Below are positions 5,973-15,186 of a stretch of DNA of 43,189 nt, in pieces. The stretch covers positions 1-43,189 of IMG/VR virus record IMGVR_UViG_3300029174_000003, one strand, 5' to 3'. The stretch comes from a virus. Each line of letters opens with the position of its first letter. Position 1 is the first letter of the stretch. The notes below the pieces were generated by a model. That model saw nothing but the letters and a program-made list of their open reading frames with translations. It had not been told where the DNA came from and did no database searches. The position numbers were made by a program, and so were the translations under genes.

Positions 5973-6555
5973 ACTATATTCAGTAAGTATTGATGCGTTT
6001 AAAGCTGGTTATTCTTATTACAGTGAATACATCAAGCAAAGTAAAAAAGCAATTGAAGTAAATAAACTGCTTGAGCTAGGTTTTAATATAGAAGTACAAC
6101 CCGAACCTGAGCGCAATGCAGATGAACCGACTAAAGAAACCTACAGTAGTTGGTATGACTTTGTCCCTTCGTCAGAAGCAGTAATGTTAAATGCTGAGCA
6201 ACTAGTACTGCTTGCAGTTAATAATTACACTTTCAAAGTCAAACAGGAAGTTGCTGTTGAAGTGGCTGATGTCAATAAGACTTTTGAGTTCGTAGCAGGT
6301 AAAGCTCAGGAGCTGACTCAAACTAACAATACATATAATAACCGTTGTGAAGTGCACATGCCTGGTAATATGCTTGCATCATACAATGAAGTTATGTTAA
6401 TTGAAGACAGTTGCACTGACAAACTTCAGTCTGCTTTGTCTTCAGGTTGGCGCATGATTGCTGTATGTCCACAGCCAGACCAGCGCCGTCCTGACTATAT
6501 AATGGGCCGTTGGAACCCTAATAAAGAGCTTGATGACGGCGCTGAGCGAGGCTAA
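5962..6555 (+). CDS. Hypothetical protein (197 aa)
   Basis: Track ORF that overlaps the previous stop. No motif recognised. Confidence 0.75.
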   Translation: MKIKLYSVSIDAFKAGYSYYSEYIKQSKKAIEVNKLLELGFNIEVQPEPERNADEPTKETYSSWYDFVPSSEAVMLNAEQLVLLAVNNYTFKVKQEVAVEVADVNKTFEFVAGKAQELTQTNNTYNNRCEVHMPGNMLASYNEVMLIEDSCTDKLQSALSSGWRMIAVCPQPDQRRPDYIMGRWNPNKELDDGAERG

Positions 6556-6556
6556 C

Positions 6557-6916
6557 ATGATTAGACTCTGGGTTAATGAACAGTACAATGTACATTTCTG
6601 GTTCAATGATAACCTTAAAGAACATGAAGCTAAAGTGCAAGAAGACGACCCTGACTACGAAGTGGTTTATTCACGAGGGTTGACTACTACTTGGTATGAC
6701 AGCAAGAACAACATAAAGAAACTTGCAATATATGCTTGTAGTACAGCAACTTTAGCTCATGAATGTGTGCATGCTGCTAACGCTATTTGTAGGCAGATAG
6801 ATGCCAGGCCTGACCCTGACAATGATGAGTTCTTCTGTTACCTGGTAGAAGATATATTCCGCCAGTACTGCAAACGTATTAAACCTAACTGGAACAAAGA
6901 AGCATGGAGACAATAA
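6557..6916 (+). CDS. Small putative HExxH metallopeptidase-like protein (119 aa)
   Basis: Track ORF 6530..6916 trimmed to ATG 6557 (GAGG upstream). It contains LAHECVHAANA, an HExxH motif. Confidence 0.6.
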   Translation: MIRLWVNEQYNVHFWFNDNLKEHEAKVQEDDPDYEVVYSRGLTTTWYDSKNNIKKLAIYACSTATLAHECVHAANAICRQIDARPDPDNDEFFCYLVEDIFRQYCKRIKPNWNKEAWRQ

Positions 6917-9174
6917 AACCTTTCATCGATATGCAATGGCATACTGTACCGTTGCGCGGTGAGCTAGTTAGACTTGAAGATGGTAAGAAGTCTTTACCTA
7001 AGTTCGAGGAAAACTGGCGAGCTAAGTACCAGACTGAGTTTAATAAAACTGCCACTAAATTAGGTGGTACAATCACTGGAGAAGTGTCCGGTATTATTGC
7101 TATTGACTGTGATAATACGGAGACCTTCAAGTTGTTCCAGGCACTCGACCCTGACTATAAGTTCATCTTTGTCTCTCAAGGTAAGTTAGATAAAGATGGC
7201 AAGGAGAAAGACTGTGGAACTCTCATCTATAGGTATACAGATGCTATCGAAGATGGCTTTAGCATTAATGATGGTAGCATGGCTCTTGATGTATATTCAA
7301 ATCGTGGCTTCGTATACCTTCCTACCAGTGCGAATAAGACGAAAGTTGCGTGGAGCGATGATATCCCTGAGCTGCGCGAACTTCCTAATACTTCTCTCGT
7401 ATTACTTCAGCAATTAAAAAAGGCTGCGGATAATAAGCATGGAAGCTCAGCAACACCAGTTGTTATGAATATCATGACAGCTAACTGTTTAGCTCCGCTT
7501 GTTACTCAATATAATGCAGGCAATGGTAAGATGATGCCGGGCTTGTTCCGTATCATTACACCTAAGGACTTCCGGGACCTGCCAGGATACGTGAAAAATG
7601 GGTACCTACACCCTCAAGACGTGCCTGAAGGTCGCGGTAGTGAGTATCTTAGTAAAGTGTCTGCTATACTGGGTGCTGACATATCCATAGATGTTGATAC
7701 CTATACTGCGGCCATGCACAACATTAATGGCATGTTTGACGCACCAATGGATAAGCGCCGGTTAGACTCAACTATACTGGACCCAATGATAAGTGAGCGG
7801 GCCTCAGTCAATGGTGTGTCTATATGGAAGTATGATAAAGATTGGGAGAATTATCGTTTGGTTATGCCAACTAAGCGCCAGTCTAACATTGAGTTGTGCT
7901 TCGATGACTACCGTAATATTTATTATGCTGTTGATATGGCTAATGAACGCATGCGGTCTTTCCATCGTGATACTGACCTGATGTCGTACATCTCGGCTGC
8001 AGCAGTTAATCCACCTAAGAAGATGGACATCCTGAGGTCTATGCCTGTAGTCAACACACGTGTTGAACCTAACAGACCATTCGGGTTTAACCAGGGCGAC
8101 GACCCTACAGCCCGCACATTGAACACTTTCAGGCAGACACCAGAGTTAGCTATCATGTCTAGTCCTGAAGACTATGTTGGCTACTATAAGTTTCCATCTA
8201 CTACTCTTAAGTTCCTGGAGACACTAGTACCTGAGAAAGAGATGCGTGATTTCTTACTGGGATTCACTAAGCGTAAGCTAATGACTTTCGGTTATAGCCC
8301 GGTTATCCTGTACTTCTTGGGTGTTCATGGTTCTGGTAAAGATACATATGTCAAGATACTTGAAAAGATTATCGGCAATGTGTCTAGACCAACAACTAAA
8401 GAATTCCTTGATATGTTCAACGGTTATCTGTTGGACACATACTTTGTACAGCTTGATGAATATGGTAACCAGCTTACTCGTATCTCAGACCGTGAAGAAG
8501 CACTAGGTAAGCTAAAAGCATACACAGGTAAGCAGAACATTCAGATTCGCCAGATGCGAACTGATGGCTTCATGTATATGCACAATGCTACATTCATCAT
8601 GACAGCTAACAAAAACCCGCTGATGCTGGAAGATGGTGACCGTCGTGTGGCTCTGATGCCAACACCTAACGTGCTTAATGAAGTAGACTGGGTTACTGCA
8701 ATGGGTGGTCCTACAGTATTGCATGATAAGATACTGGATGAGACTAAAGACTTCGCGTATTATTTAGCTACAGAAGTTCCAATGCTGTCTGACCAGCTAT
8801 ATATGAAGCCACCTGAGTCTGCATCTAAACGTCGGTTGGTTGCTGACAGTATGTATGCTGCTCAACGTATTGCCTATGCCTTCAAACACGGCATGCATGA
8901 ATACTTGATTGAACTGTGTGAAGACTTCAACGTCACAGAAACACCTTCGGCAATCAAGCGTGGTCGTGTATATATTGAAGACCTGGAACCTTTGTACATG
9001 GCTTTAACTGAATTCAATGGAGATATGAAGTCCATGAATAAAGCTATGAGAAACAATGGCATCGACCTGATACCTAGTACTGTCAAAGGTAATAAGACGT
9101 ACTACTATCGTGTCGAATGGTTGACTGATAACGAAGAGGAGAAATGGGATGACATCTCAGGCGAGACGGATTAA
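6904..9174 (+). CDS. Bifunctional primase-polymerase / SF3 (D5-like) replicative helicase (756 aa)
   Basis: The N-terminal prim-pol signature is GGTITGEVSGIIAIDCDN. The C-terminal part has Walker A GVHGSGKDT and Walker B VQLDEYG. Confidence 0.85.
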   Translation: METIKPFIDMQWHTVPLRGELVRLEDGKKSLPKFEENWRAKYQTEFNKTATKLGGTITGEVSGIIAIDCDNTETFKLFQALDPDYKFIFVSQGKLDKDGKEKDCGTLIYRYTDAIEDGFSINDGSMALDVYSNRGFVYLPTSANKTKVAWSDDIPELRELPNTSLVLLQQLKKAADNKHGSSATPVVMNIMTANCLAPLVTQYNAGNGKMMPGLFRIITPKDFRDLPGYVKNGYLHPQDVPEGRGSEYLSKVSAILGADISIDVDTYTAAMHNINGMFDAPMDKRRLDSTILDPMISERASVNGVSIWKYDKDWENYRLVMPTKRQSNIELCFDDYRNIYYAVDMANERMRSFHRDTDLMSYISAAAVNPPKKMDILRSMPVVNTRVEPNRPFGFNQGDDPTARTLNTFRQTPELAIMSSPEDYVGYYKFPSTTLKFLETLVPEKEMRDFLLGFTKRKLMTFGYSPVILYFLGVHGSGKDTYVKILEKIIGNVSRPTTKEFLDMFNGYLLDTYFVQLDEYGNQLTRISDREEALGKLKAYTGKQNIQIRQMRTDGFMYMHNATFIMTANKNPLMLEDGDRRVALMPTPNVLNEVDWVTAMGGPTVLHDKILDETKDFAYYLATEVPMLSDQLYMKPPESASKRRLVADSMYAAQRIAYAFKHGMHEYLIELCEDFNVTETPSAIKRGRVYIEDLEPLYMALTEFNGDMKSMNKAMRNNGIDLIPSTVKGNKTYYYRVEWLTDNEEEKWDDISGETD

Positions 9175-9670
9175 TATAATTGTCGCTCGCAGCCTGAACA
9201 ATGTAATCGGTCTTGATGGCCGGTTACCTTGGAATGAGCCCGAGGATATGAAGTACTTCAAAGAACTAACTGAAGGCAGTACTGTAATAATGGGCCGCAG
9301 AACCTGGGAATCTTTACCAGGTGATGGGCCTTTACCTAACAGACGCAATATTGTTATTAGTTCACACAAAGGTCCGCACTTTGGAAAGCTACAAGCTCCA
9401 TGGCGGGTAGTACCACGCTTAGCTAAAGCCCTAGAAGTAGCACGTGGTACCACAATATTTATTATTGGTGGCGCACAACTATACGAAGAAGCTTTAAAGG
9501 TTGCTGATACTATGTATATTACAGTAGTTCGGCAGAAAGTACCGGAAGAAGGCGCAGTAATGTTTCCTGACTGGGACCCTAACCAATGGTCACTTGAGTA
9601 TAGCATTATGTCACCGTCACAAACTGTAATCTTTAAGAAGTATAACAGGAGGACTAATGGACGTTCTTAA
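9149..9670 (+). CDS. Dihydrofolate reductase (173 aa)
   Basis: IIVARSLNNVIGLDGRLPW...DMKYFKELTEGSTVIMGRRTWESLP...LPNRRNIVIS...IIGGAQLYEEAL is the classical DHFR pattern. Confidence 0.85.
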   Translation: MTSQARRINIIVARSLNNVIGLDGRLPWNEPEDMKYFKELTEGSTVIMGRRTWESLPGDGPLPNRRNIVISSHKGPHFGKLQAPWRVVPRLAKALEVARGTTIFIIGGAQLYEEALKVADTMYITVVRQKVPEEGAVMFPDWDPNQWSLEYSIMSPSQTVIFKKYNRRTNGRS

Positions 9671-11012
9671 CGTATTCAAGCAGTTCATGGCTGATAAAGA
9701 AGCCTGGGATATGTATGTAACCGGACCTGCTGGTACTGGTAAAACTACATGCATGAAAGATAGCGTGCAGTATTGCATTGATAATAACATCGACTATATT
9801 GTCTGCGCGTACACTCATAAAGCCTGCGACATTCTACGGTCTAAACTTCCTGAGGGAGCTAGTGTAGCCACACTACATTCGTTCCTTAAGAAGCGGCCAA
9901 CTATTAACCAGAATGCAACTGATAAGAAACGTCTTCAAATCAGCTCACAGTCTGGCACACCGGGTAAACCAGTAGTAATGTTCATTGATGAATATTCTAT
10001 GGTTGGCGAGCGTGACGGTATTGATATTGTAGCTCTTCAGGATGAGGAGTATGAAGGTGCACCTGTAATGAAAGTGTGCTGGTACGGGGATAAAAACCAA
10101 CTTGGTCCTGTTGGTGACATGCCATATGTAACTCCTTATGGTGACTACGTTGTCTCTCTAACTAAGATATGGCGTCAGGCTGGGGATAACCCAATCATGG
10201 ACACATTAACAGCTCTTGTGGGAATGATTGAAGGCACCAGTGACATGGCACCACTTCAGGCCCACAAGACATTTGTGCGTGGCATAGACATTGTTAAGCA
10301 CATCAAAGAGCTGACAACAGAAGCAGACAATGCTGATGTGTTAGACCATCTGGACTATGTATTATTAGCTTACACTAATAAACGAGTTGAAGAACTAAAT
10401 GCTGAAATTCAGGGTTATGACCAACCTTTTATTGATGATGAAGTGTTTAGCCCTACAACTAAGCAGAAGTACAAGTTCTTGCGTTGGGCAGACCCTGAAG
10501 GCATAACATATATCGACACACCATTCAATGGCGACGTGCATCTGGGTTCTAAATATCAGACACTGGAATATCTGATAAAGAGCAAGCACTGCAGGTTTGC
10601 TGAACTGGAAGATGGCGACGGTAATGTAATCACAAGTGCAGTTGTATTTGGTCACTACCAATATAAGTTGAAGAATGACGAGCTAAAAGCTGCTGCAGCA
10701 AAGTCTAATAAAGATATTGAGGTAGCCAATCCTCGGTATAAAGCTGCAGCCTGGGCTAAGCACAATTCTAAAACTAAATTAGCTCGTACCCGTGCAAAAG
10801 CCTGGCGTGATTTTCTTAGCTTTGATGAATGTGTCATGTGCATTGACTTCCCTCATGCAATGACAGTGCATAAAAGCCAGGGTAGTACATACGATACTGT
10901 GTATATCGACACTGAAGATTTGTACCAGTGTGCACGCACTAATGTACAACAGTATCTGCAGTTGATGTACGTTGCTATTTCTCGTACTTCAAATATGGTC
11001 TATACGAACTAG
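9657..11012 (+). CDS. SF1 Dda/RecD-like DNA helicase (451 aa)
   Basis: Walker A is GPAGTGKTT and Walker B is MFIDEYSM. The C-terminus TVHKSQGSTYDTVYID is motif V/VI-like. AGGAGG SD. Confidence 0.85.
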   Translation: MDVLNVFKQFMADKEAWDMYVTGPAGTGKTTCMKDSVQYCIDNNIDYIVCAYTHKACDILRSKLPEGASVATLHSFLKKRPTINQNATDKKRLQISSQSGTPGKPVVMFIDEYSMVGERDGIDIVALQDEEYEGAPVMKVCWYGDKNQLGPVGDMPYVTPYGDYVVSLTKIWRQAGDNPIMDTLTALVGMIEGTSDMAPLQAHKTFVRGIDIVKHIKELTTEADNADVLDHLDYVLLAYTNKRVEELNAEIQGYDQPFIDDEVFSPTTKQKYKFLRWADPEGITYIDTPFNGDVHLGSKYQTLEYLIKSKHCRFAELEDGDGNVITSAVVFGHYQYKLKNDELKAAAAKSNKDIEVANPRYKAAAWAKHNSKTKLARTRAKAWRDFLSFDECVMCIDFPHAMTVHKSQGSTYDTVYIDTEDLYQCARTNVQQYLQLMYVAISRTSNMVYTN

Positions 11013-11023
11013 CAGGAGTAAAC

Positions 11024-11073
11024 GAAAATAAATTTAAAATAACTATGTACATCTGAAATTGTCATGTTATAAT
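11024..11073 (+). promoter_or_regulatory. Strong sigma70-type promoter with an A-tract UP-like element (TGTACA 11046-11051, 16 bp, TGtTATAAT ending at 11073)
   Basis: aaaataaatttaaaataacta precedes the -35. The extended -10 TG is at 11065-11066. The leader begins TAATCCAT, as in the 4411 leader. Confidence 0.55.
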
Positions 11074-11141
11074 TAATCCATAGTCAAGCAAACAATGTTG
11101 GCTATGTAAATTTCAATATTAATCATACAGGAATCATAATC

Positions 11142-11825
11142 ATGTCTCAAGTAGTCGCATTCAAATCTCCAATCGGTGACCTGAAATGGGTAGTGTATAA
11201 CGGCGAAGGTAAAGAAAACCTTTCTGGCCGTATGAAATACCAGTCTGACCTGGTACTGCCAGTCGATAGCGAAGAGTGTAAAAACCTCAAAGCTGATATC
11301 GATGCATTCTGGGAAGACGGTCGTCCTGCTGGTTTGCCGGCTAAAAAACCTGCTAAGTCTTTAGGCTATCGCCTTGAGAAAGAGCCGGTGCTGGATGAAG
11401 ACGGCAACAAACAGTACGGTGATGATGGCAAAGTAGTAAGTAAAGAAACCGGTAACATGGTATTTACTTTCTCTACTGACACCACCTATCCGTCTGGTGA
11501 CCCGAAAATCATCAACATCTTTAACTCCAAAGGCAACAAAGTTGACCTGGGTGGTAAGAAAATCGGTAATGGTTCTCGCGGCCAGCTGTCTGGAGCCATG
11601 GGTATCTACACGGTTAAAGATGCCAAGGGCAAGACTGTTATTGACGGCGGTGTTACGCTCTATCTGAACAGCATTCGTCTGGTTAAATTCGTTGAGTTCT
11701 CTGGTGAAGAAGCCTGGGATGAAGCGGATGAAGAAGGCGGCTGGACTGGTGAAGGTGAGACTAATGACTGGAATGGTGAATCCGGCCAAGAGACCACTGG
11801 CGGTAAAGCTACTCCACGTCTGTAA
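11142..11825 (+). CDS. Putative single-stranded DNA-binding protein (227 aa)
   Basis: The call rests on position in the replication module, high-expression codon usage, a size similar to T7 gp2.5-type SSBs, and an acidic/aromatic C-terminal region (EEAWDEADEEGGW...NDW). I saw no diagnostic motif. Confidence 0.5.
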   Translation: MSQVVAFKSPIGDLKWVVYNGEGKENLSGRMKYQSDLVLPVDSEECKNLKADIDAFWEDGRPAGLPAKKPAKSLGYRLEKEPVLDEDGNKQYGDDGKVVSKETGNMVFTFSTDTTYPSGDPKIINIFNSKGNKVDLGGKKIGNGSRGQLSGAMGIYTVKDAKGKTVIDGGVTLYLNSIRLVKFVEFSGEEAWDEADEEGGWTGEGETNDWNGESGQETTGGKATPRL

Positions 11826-11851
11826 TGTCTAATAAGTATCCTCTTAGGAGG

Positions 11852-11993
11852 GTACTTCTAAGACTGCTGGCCACTGGTCTAGTGCTGTAGAAACAGTACC
11901 CTCTATGACCCGACAAGGCGGCGAGAGCGTATAAGGTAACAGCCAAAGAGTGTCCGGTTCTACTCCGCGGCGTGCCAGCAGTCTTAGAAGTAC
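11852..11993. repeat. 142-bp element closed by a perfect 20-bp inverted repeat (gtacttctaagactgctggc / gccagcagtcttagaagtac)
   Basis: Arms at 11852-11871 and 11974-11993, read directly. The interior is visibly GC-richer and contains a 7-bp hairpin (11882-11888 pairs with 11893-11899, loop AGAA). Confidence 0.85.
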
Positions 11994-12026
11994 ATAGCCC
12001 AAAACTAATCACATAGGAATACATAA

Positions 12027-12416
12027 ATGAACAAGAACAACGTAGCTATCGCAATGTTTGACAACGTAACTGCAGTGACCGTAACTTTCCCGGTGTCTGG
12101 TGGTAATTATACCTATATGTCGCTGGAAGCACTTGAAGTTGGCGACCTAGTGTTAGTTGACACACCTCGCGCAGGTCTGCAGGTTGTTGAAGTAACTAAA
12201 GTTGATGTTAGCTGGGATGTAGATGCTAAGTACGACTATAAGTTTATTGTTGGCAAAGTGGATATGGATAAGTATGCTAAAATCCAGGAAGCTGTTGCTG
12301 AAGTGCGTGAGACTATTGAAGCAGAACGTCGTAACCAGGCACGCAAAGCTATGGTAGAGCATCTAGGTCTTAAAGCTGCTACTGTTAGCAAGATTGCAAA
12401 ATTAACTAAGCTGTAA
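12027..12416 (+). CDS. Hypothetical protein (129 aa) preceding the DNA polymerase
   Basis: Track ORF with AGGA upstream. The N-terminal half looks beta-rich and the C-terminal part is a charged helix. No family recognised. Confidence 0.75.
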   Translation: MNKNNVAIAMFDNVTAVTVTFPVSGGNYTYMSLEALEVGDLVLVDTPRAGLQVVEVTKVDVSWDVDAKYDYKFIVGKVDMDKYAKIQEAVAEVRETIEAERRNQARKAMVEHLGLKAATVSKIAKLTKL

Positions 12417-12430
12417 ACCACCCGCGTCTT

Positions 12431-12457
12431 GGCCGCTCTTCGGAGCGGTCCTTTTTA
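12431..12457 (+). terminator. Rho-independent terminator
   Basis: ggccgctc ttcg gagcggtc, followed by cttttt. Confidence 0.85.
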
Positions 12458-12482
12458 CTTTGCGCTTGTCAACGGAGACATC

Positions 12483-14393
12483 ATGCAACGTACACCATTC
12501 AAAGCAATACTCAAAGATTTATCCCTTCCTGGCTTTGACCGTAATGAAGACTTGTTTGTCGATACCGAAACTATAGGGCTATATGGCAAGATTCGCCTGG
12601 CGCAGTTCTATCAGCGTGGTATGGACGAAGTTCTCATTGTTGAGTGGCCAGACCCGTATCAGTTAGCTGCGACCATGGACCAGTTCAATAATGTGGCGCA
12701 CAACGTTCACTATGAAATTACAGTTGTTCAACAGAACTCTGTAACACGCTGGTGTCCTGAGCGCATGGAAGACACTTTCCTACTAGCTCGTCTGGCTATG
12801 CCGCATCGTGAGTCTTTCTCATTAGATGATGTTATGGACTACTGCCTTGGCTATGACCCATATGCTAAGCAACGTCTTAAGAAAGCAGAGCTGCAAAAAT
12901 CTGACTGGGGTGCACCTATATTAAGTGACGACCAGTATGTCTATGCTGCAACTGACGTGTATTATCTGCCGGCGGTATATGACAAAGTAGTAAAAGCTAA
13001 AGACATGTTTAGCTACAAACTGGACATGCTCACTCTTCGCTACTGCGTAGACTTCCAGTGGAATGGCATGCCAATCGATAAAGAGCGGCTGTTCCTGGAG
13101 TGGGAGACTATTGAAGCCTTCCTAGCAAAAACAAAATGTCCGGTCAATGTGAACTCACCTAAACAAGTCAAGGAATGGCTTGGTGTGGATTCATCTGCGG
13201 ACCTTGAATTGGCTTATATCGAGCTTGACCCGACTAAGAACAAACTTTGTTACTGGGGTGTAAGTGAAGGTGTGCCACAGAACGAAGCAGCAGGTCTGGT
13301 ACGTAAGATTCGCAAGGCACGTAAGAAGTTAAGTTTCTTAGCTAAGTATGAAGAAACTGCGGTTGATGGTCTTATCTACGGTAAGTTTAAACCTTCAGCT
13401 CGCTCAGGCCGTTTAACATCTGACGACCAGAACCAACAGCAGCACCCTCGTTCTCTTAAACATATCTTTGGCTTTGAGAAAGATGGTAGTAAGATTATGG
13501 TGTACGCTGACTATGCTCAGATTGAACTGCGCCATATCTGTGCCATTGTAGAATGTAAGCTAATGGAGCAGCTGTTCCGTGAAGGTAAAGACTTACACAC
13601 CTTTACTGCTGACATGATATTCGGTAGCTTTGATAGTTTGTTTGAACCAGCATTTGAAGCAGCAGTTAAAACGCACTGTGAACGTAATGAACACGGTTTA
13701 ATTTCAGATGAAGATTATGCTCGCATAAAAGAAGGTGTTGAGCATGAGATTAAAGCTATATACAAGCGTAACCGTCAGATTAGTAAGACTTGTAACTTTA
13801 GCTTGTTGTATGGCGGCGGCATTCCAATGTTTATCTCTATATTGGTTAAGACTACTAACATCTGGTTGTCTGAGCCTGACGCCAACCGCGCACGAGCTAA
13901 GTGGCGTAACCTGTGGAAAGAGATTTACGCCTGGCAGGAACGCGGCATAGCGCAATGGCGTAAAGGTAAGCTTGGCTCTACTCCTCTTGGCCGTCAGTAT
14001 TCTGCTAAGATGATGACAGACCAGCTGAACATTGAAAACCAAGGCGGTGCAGCTGACGTTAATAAGTTAGCTATGCATTATCTTGTACCTAAACTGCGGG
14101 CATACAATGCTGAACATGGTACTACATATTGTATAGCTAATAACATACACGATAGCTTTATCTTGACAGGTGAAAATATACCAGAACATTATAAAGCTGT
14201 GGCACGTATCTTAGCTGAAGAAATGCAGCGTGCCTGGTTTGAGTGCTCCAAGAACTTACGTATCACTGACTTGCCTATGCCAGTTGATGTGAAATGCGGG
14301 TTTAACTGGGGTGATATTGAAAACGATGATATTGAGAATGCGTATGACTTCTCACTGGAACCATATGCAATGCTGGAGGCTGTAAATGCATAA
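12483..14393 (+). CDS. Family-A DNA polymerase with 3'-5' exonuclease domain (636 aa)
   Basis: Track ORF 12429..14393 would run through the terminator, so I trimmed it to ATG 12483 (GGAG upstream). Exo I is DTETIGLY, motif A is YADYAQIELRHI, motif B is RQISKTCNFSLLYGGG and motif C is NIHDSF. Confidence 0.9.
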   Translation: MQRTPFKAILKDLSLPGFDRNEDLFVDTETIGLYGKIRLAQFYQRGMDEVLIVEWPDPYQLAATMDQFNNVAHNVHYEITVVQQNSVTRWCPERMEDTFLLARLAMPHRESFSLDDVMDYCLGYDPYAKQRLKKAELQKSDWGAPILSDDQYVYAATDVYYLPAVYDKVVKAKDMFSYKLDMLTLRYCVDFQWNGMPIDKERLFLEWETIEAFLAKTKCPVNVNSPKQVKEWLGVDSSADLELAYIELDPTKNKLCYWGVSEGVPQNEAAGLVRKIRKARKKLSFLAKYEETAVDGLIYGKFKPSARSGRLTSDDQNQQQHPRSLKHIFGFEKDGSKIMVYADYAQIELRHICAIVECKLMEQLFREGKDLHTFTADMIFGSFDSLFEPAFEAAVKTHCERNEHGLISDEDYARIKEGVEHEIKAIYKRNRQISKTCNFSLLYGGGIPMFISILVKTTNIWLSEPDANRARAKWRNLWKEIYAWQERGIAQWRKGKLGSTPLGRQYSAKMMTDQLNIENQGGAADVNKLAMHYLVPKLRAYNAEHGTTYCIANNIHDSFILTGENIPEHYKAVARILAEEMQRAWFECSKNLRITDLPMPVDVKCGFNWGDIENDDIENAYDFSLEPYAMLEAVNA

Positions 14394-15186
14394 ATTTGAA
14401 CGCGATTACATTAGTCTTGTTACTAAAGTACTTCAACGTGGTGAGCGCAGACAAACACGCAACGGTGGCACCAGGTCATTATTTGCACAACAACTAGTTG
14501 TTGATATGTCTGATGGCTTATACTTCCCGTTACTTGTAGGTCGCCAGATGTTTTACAAAGGCGTGTTTGGCGAACTGGCAGCCATTCTTCGTGGTCCACA
14601 GACTATTGAAGACTTTAAGAAATGGGGTTGTAACTACTGGGATAAGTGGGCAAAACCTGACGGCAATTTAAATGTTGACTACGGCAATGCCTGGCATGAA
14701 GGTAGACAGTTTGAACATCTGAAAGAATGTTTAGCCAATAATCCTACAGACCGTCGTATGATTATTAATGGCTGGCGGCCAGAGCATTTGCCACATCTTG
14801 ACTTACCGTGCTGCCATTATGCATATCAGTTCTATGTGACGTCAGACCGTCGCCTGCACATGATGTGGCATCAGCGTAGTGTGGATGTCATGGTTGGATT
14901 ACCATCTGACGTGGTGTTTGCTGCAGCATGGCTTATTATGATAGCTAATGAGTTCAATCTGCATCCTGGTGTTATCACCATGACACTTGGCGATACCCAT
15001 ATCTACGAAGGCCACGTTGAAGGAGCTTACATTTATTTAAGACAAGCTAAGCAACATTTAGGTGATTCACCAGTATATAACTTAGCTGCTGAATCCGGCA
15101 AAGACTTTTTAACATTTGAGCCAACTGATATTGCTATCAGTAAATATAACCCAATGCCTAAAATAGGATTTGAACTATATGAATGA
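14386..15186 (+). CDS. Thymidylate-synthase-family (ThyA-like) pyrimidine C5-methylase/hydroxymethylase with Asp at the Asn177-equivalent position (266 aa)
   Basis: Conserved TS blocks: TRNGGTRSLF, YWDKWA, DYGNAW, DRRMIINGW, LPCCHYAYQFYV (catalytic Cys143), QRSVDVMVGLPSD and GDTHIY. E. coli ThyA has RSCDVFLGLPFN in the equivalent block, so Asn177 is replaced by Asp175 (GAC, 14908-14910). Confidence 0.85.
   Translation: MHKFERDYISLVTKVLQRGERRQTRNGGTRSLFAQQLVVDMSDGLYFPLLVGRQMFYKGVFGELAAILRGPQTIEDFKKWGCNYWDKWAKPDGNLNVDYGNAWHEGRQFEHLKECLANNPTDRRMIINGWRPEHLPHLDLPCCHYAYQFYVTSDRRLHMMWHQRSVDVMVGLPSDVVFAAAWLIMIANEFNLHPGVITMTLGDTHIYEGHVEGAYIYLRQAKQHLGDSPVYNLAAESGKDFLTFEPTDIAISKYNPMPKIGFELYE

Noticed and set aside
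11809-12024. Minus-strand 71-aa ORF covering the inverted-repeat element
   Set aside because: It has no SD and is antisense to the whole plus-strand block. Its frame is kept open mainly by the GC-rich palindromic sequence. A 21-codon plus-strand ORF starting at 11825 is likewise unsupported.
12429-12482. N-terminal extensions offered by the ORF track (12429 for the polymerase, 15801 for the deaminase fusion, 36609 for the 335-aa tail protein, 24508 for the tailspike, 430 for the first paralog)
   Set aside because: The extensions run through terminator hairpins or promoter hexamers, or start at non-ATG codons without an SD. Downstream ATGs with good SDs were chosen instead.
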